A stretch of DNA of 42,303 nucleotides from a virus. The stretch lies in IMG/VR virus record IMGVR_UViG_3300045988_094189, positions 1-42,303 of that record; one strand, given 5' to 3'. Within the stretch, counting starts at the first letter, position 1. Each line of letters opens with the position of its first letter. This document shows, one piece after another, positions 7,066 to 15,406 of the stretch. The translations under genes and the position numbers were made by a program. Under the pieces are notes generated by a model. That model was not told where the DNA came from. It made no database searches and worked only from the letters and a program-made list of their open reading frames with translations.

Positions 7066-7806
7066 ATGGAATTAAAAATCAAGGAGAACACATACACACC
7101 GATTGTGATAGAGAATTTTGACGAAATTAAATCACTGGTACAGGAGAAAGCAGACCATTATGCGAATATGGTCTACACCGAGGAAGATTTACCTCAGGCG
7201 AAGAAAGACAAGGCAACGCTGAATAAATTTATCAAGGCGATAGAGGACAGGCGGAAAGAAATTAAAAAAGCTTGTATGCAGCCGTATGAGAGTTTTGAAA
7301 CTCAGATAAAAGAACTGGTTGCAATCTGTAATCAGCCTGTAAAGGCGATAGACGAATTTGTCAAAATGATTGACAGTCAGAACAAAGCAGATAAAAGAGC
7401 AGAAATCGAAAAACTGTACGAGGAGACAGACCACCCCGAATGGCTGAAACTGGAGCAAATATTCAACCCTAAGTGGCTAAATCAGACCGTAAAGGTATCT
7501 TTAGTCGATGAAGAGATAAAATCGCGTCTCAAGGCCATTGAGAGCGATATAAAGACTATTGCAACGCTAGAGTGTAGCTTTGAAGCACAGGAAGAATACA
7601 AGAGGTCACTAAGCCTAGCAGACGCAATCAGAGAGGGACAGCGAATTGCTGACATTCAGAAAGCAAAAGAGGGCGAGGTAAAACCTAAGATTGACTATTC
7701 AAACGAACAAAGAGAATGGATAGCGTTTAAGGTTTGTATCACTCCGACGGAAGCAAGAGAGCTGAAAGCGTGGTTAATTCAGAAAGGAATTGAAATACGT
7801 GCATAA
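7066..7806 (+). CDS. DUF1351-like phage protein (recombination-module associated)
   Basis: MELKIKENTYTPIVIENFDEIK...AKKDKATLNKFIKAIEDRRKEIKKACMQPYESFE matches the family pattern from memory. Its position next to the annealing-protein gene fits. Confidence 0.65.
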   Translation: MELKIKENTYTPIVIENFDEIKSLVQEKADHYANMVYTEEDLPQAKKDKATLNKFIKAIEDRRKEIKKACMQPYESFETQIKELVAICNQPVKAIDEFVKMIDSQNKADKRAEIEKLYEETDHPEWLKLEQIFNPKWLNQTVKVSLVDEEIKSRLKAIESDIKTIATLECSFEAQEEYKRSLSLADAIREGQRIADIQKAKEGEVKPKIDYSNEQREWIAFKVCITPTEARELKAWLIQKGIEIRA

Positions 7807-8119
7807 GAGAGCGAAAGCCTGCGACATATCACAGGAAGTCAAAGCAAGGGTATGGGAGAGGGATAAAGGCTGCTGTATTATCTGCGGCAGTCCGATAGCC
7901 GCCCCGAACGCTCACTATATCCGCAGGTCACAAGGTGGGCTGGGAATTGAGCAGAACATTGTTACGCTCTGTATGGACTGTCACAACGAATTTGACAACG
8001 GAAGCGGTAAATACTCACAGGCGATTAAAAAAGCGGTCAGAGACTACTTACAAGGGCAGTACGACGACTGGAGCGAAAAAAATTTAGTTTACAACAAATG
8101 GAGGGAGTTTGAAGTATGA
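7790..8119 (+). CDS. HNH endonuclease
   Basis: CIICGS...NAHYIRRSQGG...NIVTLCMDCHNEFD (Cys4 plus the H-N-H motif). Confidence 0.85.
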   Translation: MKYVHKRAKACDISQEVKARVWERDKGCCIICGSPIAAPNAHYIRRSQGGLGIEQNIVTLCMDCHNEFDNGSGKYSQAIKKAVRDYLQGQYDDWSEKNLVYNKWREFEV

Positions 8120-8892
8120 AAGGATATAAAGGATTTAAGCCGGGGTTGGTTTGCAGAGACAAACAATATGCGGAGAATACGATTTTTAAAGAGGACAGCG
8201 CGGAACCTTGCGTAAGAGGTATGCATTTTTGCGAGGATCCGTTCGAAGCGCTGAGATACTATCCAATAGTAGATAGCAACGGCAACTTCAACGAATTTGC
8301 GGAGGTAGAAGCGTTAGATACGCCTGCAACCGATGACGGCAAAAAATTTGCAAGCACAGAATTGAAAATTGGGGCAAAGCTCAGCTTTAAAGGGTTCATT
8401 GATGCCTGCATCAGTTTTGCACTCAAAAAAACAAAACTTGACAGTGGTGATTACGCTTGTATCGGCAGCAGTGGTGATGCCGCTTGTATCGGCAGCAGTG
8501 GTGATGCCGCTCGTATCGGCAGCAGTGGTTATGCCGCTCGTATCGGTAGCGCTGGTGATGCCGCTCGTATCGGCAGCAGTGGTTATGCCGCTCGTATCGG
8601 CAGCAGTGGTAATTACGCTCGTATCGGCAGCAGTGGTGATGCCGCTCGTATCGGCAGCAGTGGTGATTACGCTCGTATCGGCAGCAGTGGTAATGCCGCT
8701 GTGATTATGTGCGCAGGCAACAACAGCAAAGCCAAAGCTAAAAAAGGCAGTTGGATAACGCTTGCAGAATGGCAGAACATAAACGATGAATGGACGCCTG
8801 TATGCGTCAAGACGGAACAGGTAGACGGCAAAAGAATAAAAGAGGACACTTTTTATCAGCTTAAAGGCGGTGAGTTCGTGGAATGCGAATAA
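8116..8892 (+). CDS. Nonapeptide-repeat protein with conserved Cys/His N-domain
   Basis: 258 aa. The N-domain reads KGFKPGLVCRDKQY...CVRGMHFCEDPFEALRYY. It is followed by 10 tandem 9-aa units of consensus SGDAARIGS and then a C-terminal domain. Confidence 0.8.
   Translation: MKGYKGFKPGLVCRDKQYAENTIFKEDSAEPCVRGMHFCEDPFEALRYYPIVDSNGNFNEFAEVEALDTPATDDGKKFASTELKIGAKLSFKGFIDACISFALKKTKLDSGDYACIGSSGDAACIGSSGDAARIGSSGYAARIGSAGDAARIGSSGYAARIGSSGNYARIGSSGDAARIGSSGDYARIGSSGNAAVIMCAGNNSKAKAKKGSWITLAEWQNINDEWTPVCVKTEQVDGKRIKEDTFYQLKGGEFVECE
8443..8712. repeat. 27-bp tandem repeat x10 (in-frame, inside CDS 8116..8892)
   Basis: Unit agtggtgatgccgctcgtatcggcagc, 10 contiguous copies with a few substitutions. 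It generates long spurious ORFs in other frames. Confidence 0.95.
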
Positions 8893-8942
8893 CCGAAAAG
8901 AACATACTGCGAAGCGAAACGAACGCAAAGGAAGTAGTCCTG

Positions 8943-9404
8943 ATGATAACAACTCCCGACAGGCAGGCGGCACAAGCCTTTATGGACCTTAAAGCTGAGG
9001 AAGTAGAGATAAAGCCGAAGAAGAAACGCCGCTCGCTTGACGCCAACGCCTATATGTGGGTGCTGTGTGACAAGATTGCAAAAGTAGCAGGAACGACTAA
9101 GGAAGCGGTCTATCTTGACACTATACGAGATGTGGGAGTATTTGATTATCTTATGGTATCCGACAAGGCGGTAGACGCATTCATCGACAAGTGGAAATCA
9201 AACGGTATCGGGTGGCACGCAGAGAAGCACCACAAGGCAAAGGTGGACAACTGCACTGTAGTAATAGCCTACTATGGGAGCAGTACATACGATACAAAGC
9301 AGATGTCAAGACTGGTAGATATGATAGTCCAAATAGCAAAGGAATTGAATATTGAAACAATGACACCTGCGGAATTAAAAAGATTAAAGGAGATGTGGAA
9401 ATGA
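8943..9404 (+). CDS. NinB/Orf-like recombination mediator
   Basis: KKRRSLDANAYMWVLCDKIA parallels lambda NinB RNRSLDQNRKLWACLGDVS. The ATG at 8943 follows AAAGGAAG, though the track ORF starts at 8883. Confidence 0.65.
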   Translation: MITTPDRQAAQAFMDLKAEEVEIKPKKKRRSLDANAYMWVLCDKIAKVAGTTKEAVYLDTIRDVGVFDYLMVSDKAVDAFIDKWKSNGIGWHAEKHHKAKVDNCTVVIAYYGSSTYDTKQMSRLVDMIVQIAKELNIETMTPAELKRLKEMWK

Positions 9405-9715
9405 TAGAAAAACTGATTGACGAAGAACTGCAGAATGCAAACAAAAAATTCCCGCTGTTTTCGTCCTGGCACGAAGCATATGCGGTAATACTTGAGGAAG
9501 TGGAAGAAGCAGATGAAGAAACCAACGTAATGTGTACTTTATATCTCGACAGACTATGGCAAGACATAAGGGCAAAAGCGTCAAGTGAAGCAGACAGATT
9601 TGAGGATATAGGCATAGTAAGAGGGCATGCAGTTAGAGCCATTGAGGAATTAATACAGGTAGCCGCTATGTGCGACAAGGCGGCAATGAGCTTAGGAAAG
9701 GAGAAAACGGAATGA
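9395..9715 (+). CDS. Hypothetical all-alpha acidic protein
   Basis: 106 aa. SWHEAYAVILEEVEEADEE is faintly MazG/NTP-PPase-like. Function not established. Confidence 0.55.
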   Translation: MEMIEKLIDEELQNANKKFPLFSSWHEAYAVILEEVEEADEETNVMCTLYLDRLWQDIRAKASSEADRFEDIGIVRGHAVRAIEELIQVAAMCDKAAMSLGKEKTE

Positions 9716-10083
9716 ACCAAGTAGTACTTATCGGTAGGCTCACCAAAGACGTAGAAGTTCGCTATACGCAGGACGAAATGGCAATCGCAAGATTTTCAAT
9801 AGCAGTAGACAGATTTGCAAAGGGCGAAAAAAAAGCGGATTTTATCAATATTCTTGTATTTGGCAAGCAGGCGGAAAACTGCGAGAAATACCTTGCTAAA
9901 GGCAGAAAGGTAGCCATAGAGGGCAGAATACAGACAGGAAGTTATACAAAAGACGACGGAACAAAGGTATATACAACAGATGTTGTAGCAAACAGGGTAG
10001 AGTTCATCGAGTGGGGCGAGAAGAAAGAGGACGACACGCCACCGGGATTTGAAGCACTGGAAGAGGAGTCGATACCATTTTAA
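9712..10083 (+). CDS. ssb: Single-stranded DNA-binding protein
   Basis: MNQVVLIGRLTKDVEVRYT...FINILVFGKQAEN...GRKVAIEGRIQTGSY, with an acidic tail ending EEESIPF. SD AGGAAAGGAG lies upstream of ATG 9712. Confidence 0.95.
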   Translation: MNQVVLIGRLTKDVEVRYTQDEMAIARFSIAVDRFAKGEKKADFINILVFGKQAENCEKYLAKGRKVAIEGRIQTGSYTKDDGTKVYTTDVVANRVEFIEWGEKKEDDTPPGFEALEEESIPF

Positions 10084-10098
10084 TTATGGAGGTTTAAG

Positions 10099-10641
10099 AT
10101 GAAATGGAAAGATATACCAAATTTTGCAGGCTATCAAGTTAGCGATACAGGACTTGTGAGAACGCACAACAAAATCACGCACACAGAGAAACACGGCGAT
10201 AGACATTGGAAAGACAGAGTATTGAAGTTTAAAAACGCGCCCAAAGCCAAGAGAAATCAGCCGAGAGTTGACCTTTGGAAAGACGGAAAACCGTATTCTT
10301 TCATAGTCGCAAGATTAGTAGCGTTTACATTCTTAGAAGTAGATATAAGTAATCACGACTTGACAGTAAATCATATTGACGGAGATTGGAAAAATAACAA
10401 TTTGTCTAACCTAGAGCTTATAAGTTTAGCCGATAATATTAGACACGGATTTGATAATGGACTGTATACAAGCTGCAACAAGGTAAAAGTGACTAACAAG
10501 TTAACAGGGGACGTGGTGTTTTGCAGAAGTCAGTCTGAAGGCGACAGAATAATTGGTCGAAAAGAGGGATACATATCGGCAATGAAAAAACAAAATAAAA
10601 ACGAAAACGAGCAGTTTAAATGGCAACAATGCGACTTCTAG
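10099..10641 (+). CDS. HNH homing endonuclease (NUMOD4 + HNH_3)
   Basis: WKDIPNFAGYQVSDTGLVR (NUMOD4) and VNHIDGDWKNNNLSNLELISLADNIRHG (HNH_3). Confidence 0.9.
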   Translation: MKWKDIPNFAGYQVSDTGLVRTHNKITHTEKHGDRHWKDRVLKFKNAPKAKRNQPRVDLWKDGKPYSFIVARLVAFTFLEVDISNHDLTVNHIDGDWKNNNLSNLELISLADNIRHGFDNGLYTSCNKVKVTNKLTGDVVFCRSQSEGDRIIGRKEGYISAMKKQNKNENEQFKWQQCDF

Positions 10642-10650
10642 GAGGTAAAA

Positions 10651-10914
10651 ATGCAAATCAAGAAAGGGAAATACATACTCAACAGCGACAAGAGCTGTTA
10701 CTGGGTAAGCGAAATAAAGACCAGTAAGCAGGGGAAGGAGTACGAGGTAATCGTAAGCGGCTATCACCGAAAGATAGCAGACCTTGCAGACAGTTTTATA
10801 GAGGGCGCTGTGAGAGGTTCAGAAGCCGAGGACATAAAAACCCTTGTAAGCGAGATAAACAACGCTGTACAGGTCGCTCAAGACCTTGTAAGAGAGGTGC
10901 AGAATGAGAGGTAA
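10651..10914 (+). CDS. Hypothetical protein
   Basis: 87 aa, SD TAGGAGG. Confidence 0.6.
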   Translation: MQIKKGKYILNSDKSCYWVSEIKTSKQGKEYEVIVSGYHRKIADLADSFIEGAVRGSEAEDIKTLVSEINNAVQVAQDLVREVQNER

Positions 10915-11281
10915 AGCAGTAAGCGGTGAGGAATATATCAGACTGTGCGAGAAACACACAGCAAGTGAGATAGCGGAGATAATGGAAGTAAGCAAAGGGT
11001 TTGTATCAAAACTACAGGCGAAACACAAAGTCAAGCCAAAAAGAGAGTGCAGCGAGTGCCACAAGCGGTTTGACCCAGTACGCAACGAAAAAATGTGTCC
11101 TGAGTGCCGAAAGACAAAGAAATATCCAAAATACGAGCCACTAATCAAGCCGAAACCATACAGGAAGCCGAGGAAATCAAAAGCATTTCAGATTGAAGCA
11201 GAAATGCGAAAACAGGGCAAAAATTATGCCGACTGGCAGAAAGAAAGGACAATTGCAGAGTATGCAAGGGTGGAGATATGA
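10904..11281 (+). CDS. HTH plus zinc-ribbon DNA-binding protein
   Basis: HTASEIAEIMEVSKGFVSKLQAKH (HTH), then CSECHKRF...CPECRK. Confidence 0.6.
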   Translation: MRGKAVSGEEYIRLCEKHTASEIAEIMEVSKGFVSKLQAKHKVKPKRECSECHKRFDPVRNEKMCPECRKTKKYPKYEPLIKPKPYRKPRKSKAFQIEAEMRKQGKNYADWQKERTIAEYARVEI

Positions 11282-11505
11282 CAGAAAGAACGACAGGCGC
11301 AGGTGTAAGCGTTGTAGGAGTAATAACGATCGTCTTCGTTATATTAAAGTTAGTAGGAGTAATAAGTTGGAAATGGGTATGGGTATTTTCGCCAATATGG
11401 CTGTCAGCAGCCTTTGTGGTTGGAATTGGAATTTTGGCGCTAGTCGGCTTTTCAATAATTGCGATTGCGGATTTTGTAATCGAACTGGTGACGGGAAAGG
11501 AGTAA
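11278..11505 (+). CDS. Small two-TM membrane protein
   Basis: 75 aa, two long hydrophobic segments (VVGVITIVFVILKLVGVI; WLSAAFVVGIGILALVGFSIIAI). Confidence 0.6.
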   Translation: MTERTTGAGVSVVGVITIVFVILKLVGVISWKWVWVFSPIWLSAAFVVGIGILALVGFSIIAIADFVIELVTGKE

Positions 11506-11548
11506 AAAATGCTTGAAGAAAAAATTTTAAAAGCTCAGGTGAGCAGGA

Positions 11549-11623
11549 ATGAAGTATGAAACGAAACTAGTAGCAACAGAAGCATTTAAGTATGACGGGG
11601 ATTTATTAGACAAAGATGTATAA
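11549..11623 (+). pseudogene. Truncated 5' paralogue of gene 13651..13965
   Basis: 24-codon ORF MKYETKLVATEAFKYDGDLLDKDV. The first 17 residues and about 50 nt closely match the start of 13651..13965 (MMKYRTKLVTVEAFKYDGG). Confidence 0.6.
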
Positions 11624-11634
11624 GGAGGTTTATT

Positions 11635-12138
11635 ATGTCAAGTTTATTGGACAGAATATCAGAACTTGAACAGCAACTGGCTGTGTTAAGAGCCGAAGCC
11701 GAGAAAGAGGAAAAAGAAAATAAAAGCACGAACAAAAGGTGGAGGGCTGAAAAGAGGGGTACATATTGGTTTGTAGACGGCGATGGGATACCCAAGTGGT
11801 GGCACGAATATAGCAGAGATATTGATGGTTTTTATTACGACACACATAACTATTTCCAAACTGAAGATGAAGCCCGGAGATACGCTAAAGTGCTTGAAGT
11901 AGAAAGACAGTTAAAGAGATTTGCTGATGAACACAATGATAAGATTGATTGGAATGATGGTAATTCAGTTAAATATTATTTGTACTATAACCATAGCGCA
12001 CAATCAATATTTATAGCTATTGTTTCAGTTTTACAATATGCAAGAGTAATTTATTTTTCCTCAGAAGAAATCGCAGAACAGGCAATAAAAACAATCGGCG
12101 AAGAAGAAATTAAAGAATATCTCACATATGAATGGTAA
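11635..12138 (+). CDS. Hypothetical protein
   Basis: 167 aa, SD TAAGGAGG. First gene of the AT-rich island. Confidence 0.65.
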   Translation: MSSLLDRISELEQQLAVLRAEAEKEEKENKSTNKRWRAEKRGTYWFVDGDGIPKWWHEYSRDIDGFYYDTHNYFQTEDEARRYAKVLEVERQLKRFADEHNDKIDWNDGNSVKYYLYYNHSAQSIFIAIVSVLQYARVIYFSSEEIAEQAIKTIGEEEIKEYLTYEW

Positions 12139-12157
12139 TTGATATAAGGAGAGAATA

Positions 12158-12418
12158 ATGTTATTGAATTTTGTAGGTGCTAATATTACACCAGTACCAT
12201 TAGGCAATTTAGAAACAGGACAAACTATAGTCTTTGACGGTATGCTGTTTATTGTGACTGATGAACCGCAAAGTGATGTACCCCATGACGTAATGTGTAT
12301 CAGGTTATCCACGGGAGAGTCACTTACTTTATCTCTTGAGGATAAGGTAATACCTGTTGATACAGGATTGAATATCCTATCAGCAGATAGTAGTTTATTT
12401 TATAGGGAGGATATATAA
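12158..12418 (+). CDS. Hypothetical protein
   Basis: 86 aa, SD TAAGGAG. Confidence 0.6.
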   Translation: MLLNFVGANITPVPLGNLETGQTIVFDGMLFIVTDEPQSDVPHDVMCIRLSTGESLTLSLEDKVIPVDTGLNILSADSSLFYREDI

Positions 12419-12419
12419 T

Positions 12420-12620
12420 ATGCTGACAGTTATAGATATGGATGTTGTTAAACTTTGTGACAGCATAAATTGTAAACATAAGTGTTTTAGGTATCGTACT
12501 TGGTTAAAAGAGGAAAATTTGCGAATACATAATATACCTTATGAAATATATTCTACTTTACAAAATGATGATTGTTGCGGTGATAAAAGGAGGAAACAAA
12601 GGTGCGTAAACACATACTAA
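12420..12620 (+). CDS. Hypothetical Cys-rich protein
   Basis: 66 aa, SD AGGGAGG. Confidence 0.5.
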   Translation: MLTVIDMDVVKLCDSINCKHKCFRYRTWLKEENLRIHNIPYEIYSTLQNDDCCGDKRRKQRCVNTY

Positions 12621-12796
12621 CAGATGAGCAGATAAGACACACAAGTGATTGGCTTAGAGAGCAATATAATATCGCACTGAATTCTAACAGTTCAGTAGAT
12701 ATAGTATACTACGAAGGAGCTGTTAAAGCATTATCAAAAATGGGATTTTCTATATTTAATAATTTTGAAATTGTAATTAATGAAGAGCAAGACTAA
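12602..12796 (+). CDS. Hypothetical protein
   Basis: 64 aa, GTG start after AAAGGAGG. Confidence 0.5.
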   Translation: MRKHILTDEQIRHTSDWLREQYNIALNSNSSVDIVYYEGAVKALSKMGFSIFNNFEIVINEEQD

Positions 12797-12823
12797 TGAC
12801 TAATTATGAAAAGGAGGTAAACA

Positions 12824-13045
12824 ATGAGCGACACATATTATAGAGACCAAGAAATAAAGTTCGTTTTGTCAGACTGTGTGGGTACTGGTTCAGAGTGTGA
12901 CAAAGTGCTTTATAGTACGGTAGAAATATACATAGGTGATAATAACGAAACATCACCTGTTGTTGTAGGTGATACATTACAGGAAGTAATTAAACAGTTT
13001 GACAAATGGTGTGTTAATCATCATATAGGAAGTGAGGTGAAATAA
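12824..13045 (+). CDS. Hypothetical protein
   Basis: 73 aa, SD AAAGGAGG. Confidence 0.6.
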   Translation: MSDTYYRDQEIKFVLSDCVGTGSECDKVLYSTVEIYIGDNNETSPVVVGDTLQEVIKQFDKWCVNHHIGSEVK

Positions 13046-13464
13046 TGACGAACTTTGAAAGATACAAAGATGATATATATTTAATATTAGAACAAAAGGA
13101 AAATATAGCTTTCGATAAAGATATGAAAAAGGTTGTGTCTTGCTTAGGCTTCAAGTGTGTGAATTGTCTGTTTTCATATCATTATACTAAACATCTATAT
13201 TGTTGTGATTTGAATAGGGTAAAGTGGTTAGTTGCAGAATACAAAGAACCTGAAGTTGATTGGTCTAAAGTACCGATTGATACGGCTGTACTAATTTCTG
13301 TAGATAATAAGAATTGGTTCAACCGATACTTTGCCGGTGTCAACGAAAAAGGACAACCTACAGTGTTCTGTTATGGGGCAACACAATGGAGTAATGGATA
13401 CAAAGAACCCTGTCATTTTAAATATATAAAACTAGCGGAGGTGTCAGATGAAAAAAGTAAATAG
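13045..13464 (+). CDS. Hypothetical Cys-rich protein
   Basis: 139 aa, SD GTGAGGTG, start overlaps the upstream stop. Confidence 0.6.
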   Translation: MTNFERYKDDIYLILEQKENIAFDKDMKKVVSCLGFKCVNCLFSYHYTKHLYCCDLNRVKWLVAEYKEPEVDWSKVPIDTAVLISVDNKNWFNRYFAGVNEKGQPTVFCYGATQWSNGYKEPCHFKYIKLAEVSDEKSK

Positions 13465-13654
13465 AGCAAAACTCAGAGGTAGACCCCTAGATAGTGATTG
13501 TAAAAAAGCCTATAGAAGTACAGGCGAATATGGGAACGATGACCGTAGGGTTTTCTGCTATGGATATACGGATGCAATGACAGATGAATACTTAACGAAA
13601 TGTAAAGAATGTGGAGCATTTGTGTATAATGCAAAACCGTTGGAGGTGGAATGA
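13448..13654 (+). CDS. Hypothetical zinc-ribbon-like protein
   Basis: 68 aa, SD GGAGGTG, C-terminal CKECG. Confidence 0.55.
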   Translation: MKKVNRAKLRGRPLDSDCKKAYRSTGEYGNDDRRVFCYGYTDAMTDEYLTKCKECGAFVYNAKPLEVE

Positions 13655-13965
13655 TGAAGTATAGAACAAAATTAGTAACAGTAGAAGCGTTTAAGTATGA
13701 CGGTGGATATATCGGCAGGTTGGTTGACATAAAGTTTACTGAGGAAGATATATCTCACATTGAAATAGCTGATGTATTGAATGAAGCACTATTTGATGAA
13801 GTAGGCGAAGTTTCAGAAAGTTGGGAGGTCACTGATGAACAGGATAAAGAAATTTCTCAAATAGCCGCAAAAGCTGTTATTGATTATATCAATAAGAACA
13901 ATCTGCAACCACACTGCTATAAAGTTATCGACATAGAATTTATTGAGGCAGGTGGGCGAAAATGA
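13651..13965 (+). CDS. Hypothetical protein (full-length paralogue of fragment 11549..11623)
   Basis: 104 aa, SD GGAGGTGG, ATGA overlap with the upstream gene. Confidence 0.6.
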   Translation: MMKYRTKLVTVEAFKYDGGYIGRLVDIKFTEEDISHIEIADVLNEALFDEVGEVSESWEVTDEQDKEISQIAAKAVIDYINKNNLQPHCYKVIDIEFIEAGGRK

Positions 13966-14207
13966 CTGAATATGAAACTATATTACAGCTGCAAAATTTA
14001 AGAGAGCACTGTAGAACGTTTAGCGATGGCGGAGAAATATGGCAGAAAGATATTGAAGCACTGGGTAATGCAATTAAAATTCTTGAAAGACAGCTTGCAG
14101 ACGGTTGCACAGGCTGTGCATTCGTGAATGTAGAAGAATGGGAAATGCCTTGTGCTAAGTGCAAGAGAGGCTGCAAAGACTATTGGAGGGCGGTAATATA
14201 TGACTAA
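13962..14207 (+). CDS. Hypothetical Cys-rich protein
   Basis: 81 aa, contains CTGCAF...CAKCKRGC. Confidence 0.55.
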   Translation: MTEYETILQLQNLREHCRTFSDGGEIWQKDIEALGNAIKILERQLADGCTGCAFVNVEEWEMPCAKCKRGCKDYWRAVIYD

Positions 14208-14454
14208 AAAGTATCCGCAGATGAAACCACTTGTACGGCAGATGTGGCAAGGGAAGTTAATCAACCAGTTGAGGCAAGGGGAAGAGTTTTTGCAAACGTC
14301 CGCATGCGGAATACCAGACCAAGAAAGAAAGTTAATTATGGACGGCGATGAAGCTATAGCACAACTTAAAAAGCTAGTGGGTACTTGCGGTAACGAAAAA
14401 GACGTTGTTGCTTTAAACGTAGCGATAAACGCGATAAACGAGGTGTGGAATTGA
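14200..14454 (+). CDS. Hypothetical protein
   Basis: 84 aa, SD GGAGGG. Confidence 0.55.
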   Translation: MTKKYPQMKPLVRQMWQGKLINQLRQGEEFLQTSACGIPDQERKLIMDGDEAIAQLKKLVGTCGNEKDVVALNVAINAINEVWN

Positions 14455-14753
14455 TACCAAGAGCAAAAAAACCGAAAAAGAAAGCGATACACAGACCTGC
14501 CAAGACGCCTTTTGAATACGTTAAGGCGACAAACTATCTGAATATCGCCGCAATGGTCAGAACCCTTGCTACAGTCTACGACTGGAACAAGGAACAGATT
14601 GATGAATTTATGGAATCTCATATGGCATTATTGCAGGAGATTTCAGACCATAGAACAAACATAAAGCGGTTTGTGGCGGACACCGAAGAACTTACCGGTG
14701 TGAATATTACAGACCTAATAGATAAGACCTGCGAGGTCATTGAAAGGAGCTGA
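14445..14753 (+). CDS. Hypothetical protein
   Basis: 102 aa. GTG start, or TTG at 14451 after GAGGTG. Confidence 0.55.
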   Translation: MELIPRAKKPKKKAIHRPAKTPFEYVKATNYLNIAAMVRTLATVYDWNKEQIDEFMESHMALLQEISDHRTNIKRFVADTEELTGVNITDLIDKTCEVIERS

Positions 14754-14757
14754 AACG

Positions 14758-14949
14758 ATGAAAATAAAAGATTTTATATTGCTCAACCCCTGCCCGAAAT
14801 GCGGCGGCGACGCTGAGGCGGTTACAACGTGGTATGCAAACGGCGGCGACGGCTACACAAAGCAGGTCGTACGCTGTACAGTATGCGGCAAAAATGTCGC
14901 AAGAACAACTGGACAGGAAGCGGTCAAGGCGTGGAACAGTTTGAGATAA
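14758..14949 (+). CDS. Lar-family restriction-alleviation-like zinc-ribbon protein
   Basis: 63 aa: LNPCPKCGGDAEAV...VRCTVCGKNVARTTGQEAVKAWNS fits the Lar pattern CPxCG...CxxCG...eAi.aWN. The ATG at 14758 follows AAAGGAG. Confidence 0.65.
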   Translation: MKIKDFILLNPCPKCGGDAEAVTTWYANGGDGYTKQVVRCTVCGKNVARTTGQEAVKAWNSLR

Positions 14950-14959
14950 GGAGGGAAAA

Positions 14960-15406
14960 GTGATTTATATTGGAATAGATCCGGGCAAGAATGGCGGCAT
15001 CGCCGTCCTAACACCCGAAATAGGCGGCGTGATAGCAGAAGCTTATAAGTACTCAGATGACAAGCTGATAGAGGTTATCAAGACAAGCGAGGGCAAGGCA
15101 AGGGCGTGTGTCGAGAGAGTGGCGGCAAGACCACAACAGGGCGTTGTAAGCATGTTTAGCTTCGGGCAGTCCTACGGAGCGATAAAAGGCATTTTACAGG
15201 CGCTAGACGTGCCGTATACGACAGTTACGCCGCAGAAGTGGAAGAAGTCCTTAAATGTCACAAAGGACAAGGGGACATCAATAGACAAGGCGAAAGAACT
15301 ATACTCCGGAGTTAATCTGCTTGCAAGTCCACGCTGCCACAAGGACCACGACGGAATGGCGGAAGCCCTGCTGATAGCCACGTACGGCTACTGGAGCGGC
15401 ATATGA
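14960..15406 (+). CDS. RuvC-like Holliday junction resolvase
   Basis: MIYIGIDPGKNGGIAVL (catalytic Asp motif) and DHDGMAEALLIATYG at the C-terminus. GTG start after AAGGAGGG. Confidence 0.8.
   Translation: MIYIGIDPGKNGGIAVLTPEIGGVIAEAYKYSDDKLIEVIKTSEGKARACVERVAARPQQGVVSMFSFGQSYGAIKGILQALDVPYTTVTPQKWKKSLNVTKDKGTSIDKAKELYSGVNLLASPRCHKDHDGMAEALLIATYGYWSGI

Noticed and set aside
8443-8712. Regular 27-bp repeats that could be mistaken for a CRISPR array.
   Set aside because: The units are contiguous with no spacers. They are in-frame within a protein-coding gene, and no cas genes or leader are present.
8314-8973. 219-aa minus-strand ORF, and the 111-aa +2-frame ORF at 8369..8704, overlapping the repeat gene.
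   Set aside because: Both are by-products of the 27-bp tandem repeat, which is open in several frames (TTAADTSGI... and VSAAVVMPL... periodic translations). They have no SD. The + frame 8116..8892 has proper flanking domains and translational coupling.
13998-14621. 207-aa minus-strand ORF.
   Set aside because: It runs antisense across three well-supported, SD-preceded + strand genes. Its sequence is low-complexity and Cys/Phe-rich, and it has no SD.
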